Source of the DNA: Eledone cirrhosa
Taxonomy: Eukaryota
DNA: 64,000 nucleotides
Assembly (NCBI GenBank): GCA_964016885.1
Contig: OZ024743.1
Location: forward strand, 89,962,001-90,026,000
Direction of reading: 5' to 3'
Below the pieces are notes generated by a model. It was not told where the DNA came from. It saw nothing but the letters and a program-made list of their open reading frames with translations, and did no database searches. Below, piece after piece: positions 27,035 through 38,869 of the stretch. The position numbers and the translations under genes were made by a program. Positions within the stretch are counted from its first letter, which is position 1. Each line of letters begins with the position of its first letter.

Positions 27035-28270
27035 AAGAAATCAAAGAACGCCTATATACTCACACAATTTTTATTCGCTAACAATGTTTCATCCATACCG
27101 TGGGGCAGGAATGATCAGAGCATTATAAACAAAAATATAGTGCTGAATATAAGCTCTACCAAGCTTAGTCACCAGAACAGTAGAGATACAGTACAGGATA
27201 GTAAGAGGGAGATTGGAGATGAGAAGGATGGAGAGAATACGTAATGGGTTTGTTAGTCAGTCAACGTAATGGGTTTGATAGTCAAACATGAGAATACAAG
27301 AATACAGGCAGATTTTCTCACAAGAGACTGAGGCCTGTGAAGGCACACAAAAGCAATCAAAAGCACTTAAAGATAATTTTAAAAAATAATTTTAAATAAT
27401 AATTAAAAATGATTTAAAAAATAATAAAAAATATATAATAATAATTAAAAAAATTAATTAAAAAAAATGGGGAAAGAAAAAAAGAAATTGAGGCATGTGA
27501 AGGCACACAAAAGCAACAAAGGAGGGTATGCATTGGTTACTATAGAAGACAGGTGATTTAGTTTCCCATGCCTTAGAGTCATAGAAATACTATGAGACCC
27601 ATAAGGTATCTTCAGAAGGTCTAAAGGGGATTATATCCCCACCCCCATAGTATGTGCAATCAGGGTATAGCAGTAGGTTACGGAATTAAGTGGACAAGAG
27701 GTGTTAAACTTGCACATGGACAGGTACCACACCGATATAAGCCGAACACAGACAAAGCAGGGTTACTGCATAAACAAGCTGAAGCAATCAATACACAACA
27801 AACATGGTGTAGTCACTGTTTAAGGCATATTTGGAGAGAAGTCATAACACATGTGGATCAACCGTAGATGGTAATCCAATCGCTTTCGTATGTCCCAATC
27901 GGCGAGAAGTCATAACATATGTAGATCGTCTGTAGATGGTAATTATCTTTAAGTGCTTTGATTGCTTTTGTGTGCCTTCACATGCCTCAGTCTCTTGTGA
28001 GAAAATCTGCCTGTATTATTGTATTCTCATGTTTTGCTAAAATGTTGACTAACAAACCCATTACGCATTCTCTCTATCCTTCTCATATCCAATTTCCCTC
28101 TTATTATCCTGTACTGTATCTGTACTGTTCTGGTGACTGAGCTTGGTAGAGCTTATATTCAGCACTATGTTTTTGTTTATAACGCTCAGATGATTCCTGC
28201 CGCACGGTATGGATGAAACATTGTTAACGAATAAAAATTGTATGAGTATGTAGGCGTTCTTTGATTTATT
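27035..28270. mobile_element. Non-coding element with ~330-bp inverted arms (27035-27378 and 27941-28270), each carrying a hammerhead motif
   Basis: The arms are reverse complements. Their consensus is cgct-CUGAUGA-ttcc-tgcc(gcac)ggta-tgga-t-GAAAC-att-GUU-agcg. The left copy (27076-27122, minus) reads CUGAUCA and the right copy (28183-28229, plus) reads CAGAUGA. Confidence 0.75.
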
Positions 28271-29425
28271 TCATATATATATAAGCGTTTGTATATGTAT
28301 AATAAAGCCAAAACAATGCAGGTATGGACATAGAATAAAGAATGCAAATGCAAAAGATATTGTTGACAATTAGTCTTTTACCTTAGATTTATTTAAATGT
28401 CCTTAATTTTCGAGATAATATCTCTTCCTCGGAGGGAAGTAAAGCGGTTAAACCAGTGTTCTAAATAGCTTGCCAAGTCATGACTCTATCTCTCCAATGG
28501 TAGATGAGACAACATGTGTGGTGTGCAAAGTCTGAAAAGGCATTTGAGGGTACATAACGATGACATCTCACAAACTGACCCAATCAATCCAATAGAGGGC
28601 ACATCTTTTGTCTGTCACATTTGCTGAACTTAAAATCCACCTAAGGGGCCATGGACGGACGTTTGGAGTTGGCAATCGTCTGCAAAGATGAAGCAATCAC
28701 CATATATATATATATATATATATATAAACATATTTCTCATCTTACAAGCTGATGTTGACCGAACATATATACATACATATATACATATATATATACGTAT
28801 ATACATACAAATATATACATTCCTCATTTTACATGTAGGTGTATATATATAATAAAACTAGAGCTTACATCATGTCTACAACGTTTAAGAACATGTCACA
28901 TCTTGTCACTGGGATCTGGAGATCAACAACGAATTATTATCAAGAGATCTGAGTGGAGCATCTGAGATATTTCTCCAGACTTTCTTACACAAGACTACTA
29001 GAATAGAGTTCTGTTGAATTCACTGCAATTTTAAGGAGGAGGGGGGAGAGGAGGAAGGAGAGTAGGGGGATGGTGTTCTGTTATCAAATGTAGAATCAGA
29101 ACATTTAGCTGGCATCTAAAGAATGTTTGAAGTAGACTTAAAATGTTAGAAACCACACCAACCTTCACATTCTGTAAAACACTATTTTTTTTTTTTATTT
29201 TTTTTTTTGAGCTAATTTTATTTTATTTTTCAAATTCAAATTATTTTCCTTCTTTTTATTTCGTTAAATCTTGAAAAAAAAAAATCTACAAAATACGAAA
29301 ATACGGAAAACATATAGAAATAAAAAACGTACAAATAAAAAAAACTACAAAATAAAAAAAATATACAATATACAAAAATGTAAAAGCAAAGTACTGAAAG
29401 TTTCTTTTTAATATGTTGAGAATTG

Positions 29426-29492
<67 letters not shown>

Positions 29493-29494
29493 CT

Positions 29495-29531
<37 letters not shown>

Positions 29532-30014
29532 ATTAGTATATCTACCAACATATGTATACAGATGTATACCCATGCTAGCAAATATATATGTTATGTCTTA
29601 GTACCTTTGTGGTTCTATGCAGGGGGATGCAGAACAATTATATAATTCTCAAACAGTTGCTTCTTCTTCTTCTTCTTCTTCTTCATCTTCTTCTTCTTCT
29701 TCTTCTTCTCCTTTCCCTTCCTCCTCTTCCTCCTCTTCCCCTCCTTTCCCATCCTCCTCTTCGTCTTCTCCTCCTTCAACCTCATTCCCATCATTCCCTT
29801 CTTCATCTTCTTCAGTTCCTTTCGCTCCCCATGGAACATTGGGCCATGAGAGATCTCCACCCAGCATGGGACACAACACTGTCACCAACTTCCTCCTAAG
29901 CCAGACCCCTGCTGATCCGGTCGTCATCCACCACAGACCCCAACCACAATTTCCAATCACTCCTCTCTATTTAGTGAGGCATCCCTTATGACGTCGTTGT
30001 TATATAGAATATAA

Positions 30015-30236
30015 TAATTGTTTCTGATTTAGGCACAAGGTCAACAATTTTTGGGGAGAGGAAAGTCGTTTAAATCGACCCAAGTGCATTACTGGTACTT
30101 TATGTTATCGACACTGTAAAGGTGAAAGGCAAAGCTTACCTCGGCAGGATTTGAACTCAAATCGTAAAGGGGCGTAACCCTGTGCCATAAAGCATGTTGT
30201 CCGACGCTCCACTGATACTACCAATCTAGCGCCCTT
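30015..30236 (-). mobile_element. Nin-domain SINE
   Basis: Same core and tail as the other copies. Confidence 0.7.
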
Positions 30237-30649
30237 ATATAGAATATTCAATGGTTGATGAAATACGTACATTACGATATCAAGTTTGGCACGTTGCATG
30301 TAGGTCGTACACGAGTGTCAGCGAAAGGGGAGACAACCAGTGCATCAGTTTGGGACCTGGAAAGTCAAAAGAGGGTGTTCATTATAATCTGGCGACACTG
30401 ACTCCATCCCTTAACAACCTCTATCAATTTTGAGAAGAGACTTTCTCCCACCATCCTCTCCTTTTTTGGAGCCCAACTTCATCCCTTCACAACTTCGTTT
30501 AATTTTGAGAAGAGACCCCTTTCGCCTCCTTGGCGCCCGACACCATCTCTTGACAGTCGCCGTCAATTTTGAGTAGCGTTCCCTTTCTCATTGGGGCCCG
30601 AAAGCAATTTTGTTACTCTTTGCAAAATTTCTCTCATCTACCCTGATCA

Positions 30650-31112
30650 CATGTCAGTGTTCAAATCCCACAGAAATTTACGGACATTCATATTCCTCCA
30701 GGGTCGTAAGACATGATAAGCGGGGTTTCGTGCTGAATCCCACTAGGTGCTACCTTGGGCAAGTCTTTTACTAGACTCGTGTTGACTAACGTCTTGTGAG
30801 TAGAATTTTGTAGACGGAAATGTATGGATCATATCACGGAAATCCTGGTATAATATATATGTGAGTGTGTGGGGGGTGTATGTGTGTGGGGGGGTGTATG
30901 TGTATGTGTGTGTATGTGTGTGCAGGTGTGTCGGAGTGTGTGTGTATGTTTACATTTAGTATTTGGTTACGTCCCATTAGTTAACGGATCGACAAAGAGA
31001 GACCGATAAAATAAAACCAGACTAAATTCCTTTAAGGTGATTGATCCAGCATAGCCGCAGTCCAATGACTGAAACATGTAAAAGCATAAAAGAATAAAAG
31101 AATAAAAGAATA
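30650..31112 (+). mobile_element. Second SINE family with internal (GT)n and a ccagcat.gccgcagtc.aatgactgaaac tail
   Basis: Related segments at 25780-26100, 54740-55280 and 21840-21930 (minus). Ends in (AATAAAAG)n. Confidence 0.6.
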
Positions 31113-31510
31113 TAAAGCGTTTATCGCAGTTAGTTTTCTTTTCTCTTTTGTTGTTATTTATTTCCGAATTAGAATATGAATTTATGAAGCTAAAATTGAT
31201 ATGTGATTAACATGGGGACAATATTGGATCAATATGGAGGCAATGTAAGAGTAATATGGAAGCAACATGAAAACATTATGAAGGCAATATAAAGACCCGA
31301 AACAAATGCTTCTAAGCATTTGTCCGACATTATACCGACTCAGTCAATCCACCACCTTTATCATTAATAATTGTTTCTACTTTAGGCACAAGGCCAGCAA
31401 TTACCCAGTGCATTACTGGTACTTTATTTTATCGACCCCGTAAGGATGAAAGGCAAAGTCAACCTTTATCATTAATAATAATTATTAAAAATAACATTAA
31501 AAGCAACAAT

Positions 31511-34200
31511 ATATATTACATAACAACCCTAAAATAGCTATATTATACATAACAACCCTAAAATAGCTATATTATACATAACAACCCTAAAATAGCTATA
31601 TTATACATGACAACCCTAAAATAGCTATATTATATATAACAACCCTAAAATAGCTATATTATACATAACAACCCTAAAATAGCTATATTATACATAACAA
31701 CCCTAAAATAGCTATATTATACATAACAACCCTAAAATAGCTATATTATACATAACAACCCTAAAAGTAGCTATATTATACATAACAACCCTAAAAGTAG
31801 CTATATTATACATAACAACCCTAAAAGTAGCTATATTATACATAACAACCCTAAAGTAGCTATATTATATATAACAACCCTAAAATAGTTATATTATACA
31901 TGACAACCCTAAAATAGTTATATTGTACATAACAACCCTAAAGTAGCTATATTATACATGACAACCCTAAAATAGCTATATTATACATAACAACCCTAAA
32001 ATAGCTATATCATACATGAAAACCCTAAAATAGCTATATTATACATGACAACCCTAAAATAGCTATATTATACATGACAAACCTAAAATAGTTATATTAT
32101 ACATGACAACCCTAAAATAGCTATATTATACATGAAAACCCTAAAATAGCTATATTATACATAACAACCCCAAAATAGCTATATTATACATGACAACCCT
32201 AAAATAGCTATATTATACATAACAACCCTAAAATAACTATATTATACATAACAACCCTAAAATAGCTATATTATACATGACAACCCTAAAATAGCTATAT
32301 TATACATGACAACCCTAAAATAGCTATATTATACATGACAACCCTAAAATAGCTATATTATACATAACAACGCTAAAAGTAGCTATATTATACATAACAA
32401 CCCTAAAAGTAGCTATATTATACATAACAACCCTAAAAGTAGCTATATTATACATGAAAACCCTAAAATAGCTATATTATACATAACAACCCTAAAATAG
32501 CTATATTATACATGACAACCCTAAAATAGCTATATTATACATAACAACCCTAAAATAGCTATATTATACATGACAACCCTAAAATAGCTATATTATACAT
32601 GAAAACCCTAAAATAGCTATATTATACATGACAACCCTAAAATAGCTATATTATACATGACAACCCTAAAATAGTTATATTATACATGAAAACCCTAAAA
32701 TAGCTATATTATACATAACAACCCCAAAATAGCTAAGCTATATTATACATAACAACCCTAAAATAGCTATATTATACATAACAACCCTAAAATAGCTATA
32801 TTATACATGACAACCCTAAAATAGCTATATTATACATAACAACCCTAAAAGCAGCTATATTATACATAACAACCCTAAAAGTAGCTATATTATACATAAC
32901 AACCCTAAAGTAACTATATTATATATAACAACCCTAAAATAGTTATATTATACATGACAACCCTAAAATAGTTATATTGTACATAACAACCCTAAAGTAG
33001 CTATATTATACATGACAACCCTAAAATAGCTATATTATACATGAAAACCCTAAAATAGCTATATTATACATAACAACCCCAAAATAGCTAAGCTATATTA
33101 TACATAACAACCCTAAAATAGCTATATTATACATGACAACCCTAAAATAGTTATATTATTCATGACAACCCTAAAATAGCTATATTATACATGAAAACCC
33201 TAAAATAGCTATATTATACATAACAACCCTAAAATAGCTATATTATACATGACAACCCTAAAATAGCTATATTATATATAACAACCCTAAAATAGCTATA
33301 TTATACATAACAACCCTAAAATAGCTATATTATACATGACAACCCTAAAATAGCTATATTATACATAACAACCCTAAAATAGCTATATTATACATGACAA
33401 CCCTAAAATAGCTATATTATACATAACAACCCTAAAATAGCTATATTATACATAACAACCCTAAAATAGCTATATAATACATAACAACCCTAAAATAGCT
33501 ATATTATACATAACAACCCTAAAATAGCTATATTATACATGACAACCCTAAAATAGCTATATTATACATGACAACCCTAAAATAGCTATATTATACATAA
33601 CAACCCTAAAATAGCTATATTATACATAACAACCCTAAAATAGCTATATTATACATGACAACCCTAAAATAGCTATATTATACATAACAACCCTAAAATA
33701 GCTATATTATATATAACAACCCTAAAATAGCTATATTATACACAACAACCCTAAAATAGCGATATTATACATAACAACCCTAAAATAGCTATATTATACA
33801 TGACAACCCTAAAATAGCTATATTATATATAACAACCCTAAAATAGCTATATTATACATAACAACCCTAAAATAGCTATATTATACATGACAACCCTAAA
33901 ATAGCTATATTATACATAACAACCCTAAAATAGCTATATTATACATAACAACCCTAAAATAGCTATATTATACATAACAACCCTAAAATAGCTATATTAT
34001 ACATGACAACCCTAAAATAGCTATATTATACATAACAACCCTAAAGTAGCTATATTATACATGACAACCCTAAAATAGCTATATTATACATGACAACCCT
34101 AAAATAGCTATATTATATATAACAACCCTAAAATAGCTATATTATACATAACAACCCTAAAATAGCTATATTATATATAACAACCCTAAAAGTAGCTATA
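31511..34200. repeat. 29-bp minisatellite (taacaaccctaaaatagctatattataca), roughly 90 copies
   Basis: Directly visible homogeneous tandem array with 28-30-bp variants. Confidence 0.97.
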
Positions 34201-34216
34201 TCTTTCATAACTTTAA

Positions 34217-34448
34217 CCCTTTCATTTGCCCATTTCTAATGAAATACACTCTATTTCAATTAATTAATGAAGAATTTTGAGGGATTTACTAAAATTATTA
34301 ATTATTTCATTACTAAGATATTAACTTAATGTAAGGTTCTTATATAAAATTATGTTGGAAGATTTTAATTTAATTTGGAAACTTTTGAAATAGGTGACTT
34401 TATTTCATAGAACCAGAGCCAGTTTGGGCCGGGTTGGTAACTAAAGGG
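34217..34448. mobile_element. piggyBac-like MITE
   Basis: TTAA|CCCTTT ... AAAGGG|TTAA termini. Confidence 0.7.
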
Positions 34449-34530
34449 TTAAAAGCAACTTTATTATTCATAATAAACTTAAAAACAACTCTGAAATTAA
34501 TTATCTTAAAAGCAACTCTAGGCACTAAAG

Positions 34531-34861
34531 CAAAGGTTCTCAAAGTGGGCGCTACCGCCACCTGGGGGGGGGGGGAGAAGGTCCAAGGGGTGCTAGGGCA
34601 TAAGGGGCGCTGGGGTGGTAGAGATATAATAATATTTGGAATATCAAATGATACATATATATATAGTAAAATAAAAAATATATATTTATTTGTATATAGT
34701 ATATATTATATTATTCAATATATATATATATATATATTAAACGATTTTATTCATTATATATTATTTACAATTTGCGTGTAGGCAGGTCTCTCTAGAAATA
34801 GGGTTGGGTGGCGCTGAAGATATTACGTAGCCGTAAGGAGGGGTGAGTTTCAGAACCTCTG
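34531..34861. mobile_element. hAT (Charlie-like) MITE
   Basis: TIRs caaaggttctcaaa / tttcagaacctctg, with an imperfect 8-bp TSD cactaaag / cactacag. Confidence 0.7.
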
Positions 34862-35548
34862 CACTACAGGAGGAAGCAGGCGGCGAACCATCAAAACCAA
34901 CGTGGAAGTAACGAAGAGGTCATCTATAGAGCTAGTGTTGTTGAGAAGTAAGCGGTGGGGGTCAGTAGTATGTATACCACTTGGACACAGACTGAGGCTT
35001 GACCAACCCCGATTTAGTCACCTGGACGAAGCGGTATGTTGTAGGACGCGAAACAGCCAATAGCCCCAACATACAATACTGATGATGTCCAAGGTTTTGC
35101 AACCAAGTATGTATGAAGAACTTATAACAATATTAATCAGAACAAACTAAGTTATTATTCTTTCCTCTTCTTTGTCATCATTTTCTCCTCGTTTTATGGT
35201 TCCAGATAAAATACCAGATGTACGATATCTTTTAATCAAGCAATGTTTTTCTGACAATTAAAATCTAGATTAAAATAACTTTCATCCGTTTTAATTTAAA
35301 CCTCTCACCCGTTTCGAGTCCAATAATTTATATATGTGTGCGTGCGTGTGTGTGTGTGTGTTGCTAGGGGTCTAAACTGCCAACGCCTATCTCAATGGCC
35401 GATGACCCTAGAGTTCTGTCTTTTGTTTGTATTTTTATTTTTTTTTATTATTTTTTAAGGTTTACCCTGAAAAAAGTGTTCTCCATTTTGCCTTGATTTT
35501 GTTCGATGTCTTGTCCCCTCTTTGTTCATTTCCTTAAGTTTATATATA

Positions 35549-35609
<61 letters not shown>

Positions 35610-35959
35610 AAATGTCAGGAAAGTGAACAGTGTTTGAGTCATGATATATTCACAGACACACACACACATATGCATGCGTGTGTATGGAGAGGTAATCAGA
35701 TATAGTGTTGGTGAATTTCGGGAAGCATGGAAGTTTCGAAGAATGCAGTGCCCCGACAACTAACAACTGATGCAGGTAGTGTGTTCCACGCTTCAGCAAC
35801 TCTGAGCTAGAAAAAATATTTTCGAAAGTTATGGGAGCTGTACAGTTTGCTGATTTTGTAAGCATATCCACAGGTGTTAAACATGGAATTCAAAAAGGTG
35901 TTCACGGTTGTTGAAAAGATGGTTAATCATCTTGTAGGTGTCTACTAAGTCAGTTGCCA

Positions 35960-36148
35960 GACGTCGGAGCTTCAATGTATCCATGCCCAGAGAAGGAAGG
36001 TGTTCAGAGTATGGTAGATGCTTGATGGAGGGTATTCGTTTGGTTGCACGTCTCTGAGATCAATATTCTGAGCAAGATGGGGCTTCCAGACTGGGGATGC
36101 AAATTCTAAGTGTGGCTGCACCATAGCTATAGATAGCTGGAGAGTGGC
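35960..36148 (-). mobile_element. CR1/L2-type LINE RT C-terminal remnant
   Basis: MVQPHLEFASPVWKPHLAQNID..VQ matches the VRPHLEYASPVW motif downstream of the RT domain. Confidence 0.7.
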
Positions 36149-36150
36149 TA

Positions 36151-36240
<90 letters not shown>

Positions 36241-37023
36241 GTTTATGTATATATATACATACGAGTAAAAATCTAAAAATCACGAAGTATTTGCGTTCAG
36301 AAAATTCCTTGTTATCAAACCGAGTTGCTGCCATTCATATATTATTACGTTGTTTAATCACAGTTTGACGAAACTTGAATAGAGACTGTACATATTTATT
36401 GTTTGTTTGTCTGTTTGGGGTGGAGGTGGTGGAGTTAGGGTGGGGGTAGTATGTTGGGGGGGGGGGGGTAGTTTTACATCAGTTATCCAGACGCCCTATA
36501 TCAAGAATTCTACTTACATTAAAGAGATCAGATGATAATCTTTTCAATGAAAGATGATCGACTAAGAGCCGCCGAGCTGAAGTGCTGCTTTATCTTCTGA
36601 CAAATATCTCGTGTAATATTAGCTTCTTAAATAAAGTTTAAAGGTTAGCTTCAATACGTAAAATTCAAAACTGGGTGTGTGTACAGGATGACATGAAACT
36701 TGCTGCCAGAAAATCTCTGAATTCACCAATGGGATAGATTCAAATATTTTCTCTTTCAGATTCAATAAATTCTTCACTCCATGTTTATTCGGTTTCTATT
36801 TCCTTGTATCATTTTACCATTAACAGTACCAGCCACATACTCTCCACGAACTTTACACTGACATTAAGTAGATGTTAACATCACCTAGGTTGAGGGGAGA
36901 CAAGCAAAAATAAATAGCTTTGCAAACGTGCGTAATTACACGACTAAATACACAAGGGAAGATCTTTCATTCATACTAAATTCACAAAATCTTTATGACT
37001 TTATTGTAAACACGGAATGTATG

Positions 37024-37060
<37 letters not shown>

Positions 37061-37206
37061 ATGTATAAATATATGTGTGTGTGCGCGCGTGTGAGTCCCG
37101 GAGGTAACCATAGTAAGTGAAGAACTCAATACTTTAGTAGAGTATATACAAAATTTAATATAAAAATGGCTTCTACAGGACTAAAACTGCTTCATTCGAT
37201 AGAAAG

Positions 37207-37256
37207 GGCTTCCTGATGATTTCTTTCTAATGAAACAGTTATAGTTCTGTAGAAAC
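37207..37256 (+). ncRNA. Type I hammerhead motif inside an imperfect palindrome (37143-37282)
   Basis: ggcttc-CUGAUGA-...-GAAA-cag(ttatagtt)ctg-UA-gaaact. The inverted left arm preserves gaagcc, the perfect stem I partner. Confidence 0.65.
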
Positions 37257-37394
37257 TATTTCTATATTAAATTTTATATATTTATATATTATATATATGA
37301 GGTCATAACTATTGAATTATGGTTATCACCGAAATATATATTGCAGCGAATATGAATAAACGAAGTTAATTTTAGCCTGTTGACTTACACTTCT

Positions 37395-37427
<33 letters not shown>

Positions 37428-37583
37428 ACCGTTGGTCAATCAATGATAAACGTTGATTGCCAGATAAATTAACTATGGAGATATATAAGATACAGAAGCG
37501 AAAACCAATCCAAACCAAACAGTGAGTGTGTTTTACTATTATTTCTGGCAATATTATAACAATATGACCCTCCTCAAATATAA

Positions 37584-37617
<34 letters not shown>

Positions 37618-38869
37618 TAGCAGTGTATCTCGGCGTTGCACGGATAAGAACATTGGTAATAGCACCTCCAATGAGAAACGTTTATTTTTGAGTGCCTGTT
37701 AAAAACTCACGAAAATATACCGACAGGAAACTTGTTTTATTTGGAGAAAATTAAGAAGTTGAAAGTACAGTTTAGCTGTCTACGTGCATTGTTCATAGAA
37801 ATATTGTTGAGCCCCTTCTTTTCATACTCCTCTGTTTTGGCCTTTTGGAGTAAATGTGAAAGTGAAAGTCACAGGTTAAGTTGGCAGAAGGTTCCAGTGT
37901 CATAGCAGTAAGGAGTAGGCTAATTACCTCAAAAGTTCATTCACACTCTTTCCACTAAGTTACTCTTTCTCTCTATCCCTCTCGGTGCAGTCCCTTGCGA
38001 ATTTTTCGCGTATGCCTGGTGTAGATTTGCACCCGATCCATCTACCCGATGCACATGTCCGCTTTGTACGGCTTTTGGAGGAAGGAGTGACCAGCAGTAT
38101 GTTGTTCGGTATTGTTACGAAAATGTGTAGCAGAGAATCCCGCGTGAACTAACAGCTCGGGAGGAAACTGCTTACCTCGAAGATTCATTCGCCGTCGTTC
38201 TTGTCAATGTTCCATTTAGTTGGTATTTGTTGGTCTACAGTTAGATGAATGGCGCACAGAGGGTTAACGTAGAATGTCGCAAAGCATTCTGTTGGACGCT
38301 CTAACGATTCTGCCTATCCACCGCCCTATAGTTACTCATAATAATGGTTTCTTATATAGGCACAAGGCCAGCAATTTTGGGGGAGGGGGGAAAGTCGATT
38401 AGATCGACTCCAGTTCGTGACTGGTACTGTATTTTATCGACTTGATGAAAAACGAAGTTGACCTCGATGGGATTTAGACTCAGAAAATAAAGGGGTGTAA
38501 CTAAATGTTGCAAAGCATTTTGTCAGACGCTCTAACGACTCCACCAATCCACCACCCACAAGTCTAATAATCAACGGACCTGCCAACCTCTTAAAACCCA
38601 AACCAAAGAGAAGATATCTCTTACCCACCCAGACCTGTCAACTCGTCGGATGGAGAAAACAAAGGTACCCCTAGAAAATAGCAGGGATCAGGCCTAATAC
38701 AGTTGACCCACTGCAGTTACCTTAAACAAACATCTTAAATCCCTGGCTAAAATATCCGTGATTAACACTGTAAGAGGTTCCCGAATATATTTATTTGAAA
38801 GAAAAAGAAATATGAAGTGTTACGGGGTACACGTCCACCTAGGGCTTAAGGTACAATACGTATGTGTGT

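Noticed and set aside
29588-29991. Ser-rich and Glu/Lys-rich ORFs
   Set aside because: They derive from a (TTC)n/(TCC)n low-complexity tract.
31511-34200. CRISPR-like appearance of the 29-bp repeat (also considered for 53308-53952)
   Set aside because: The 29-bp units are contiguous with no unique spacers, there are no cas genes, and the context is eukaryotic.
37616-38250. Possible Helitron-related terminus (tactagcagtgtatctcggcgttgcacgg) and coding remnant
   Set aside because: The resemblance is weak and I could not recover a convincing Rep or helicase motif by eye.
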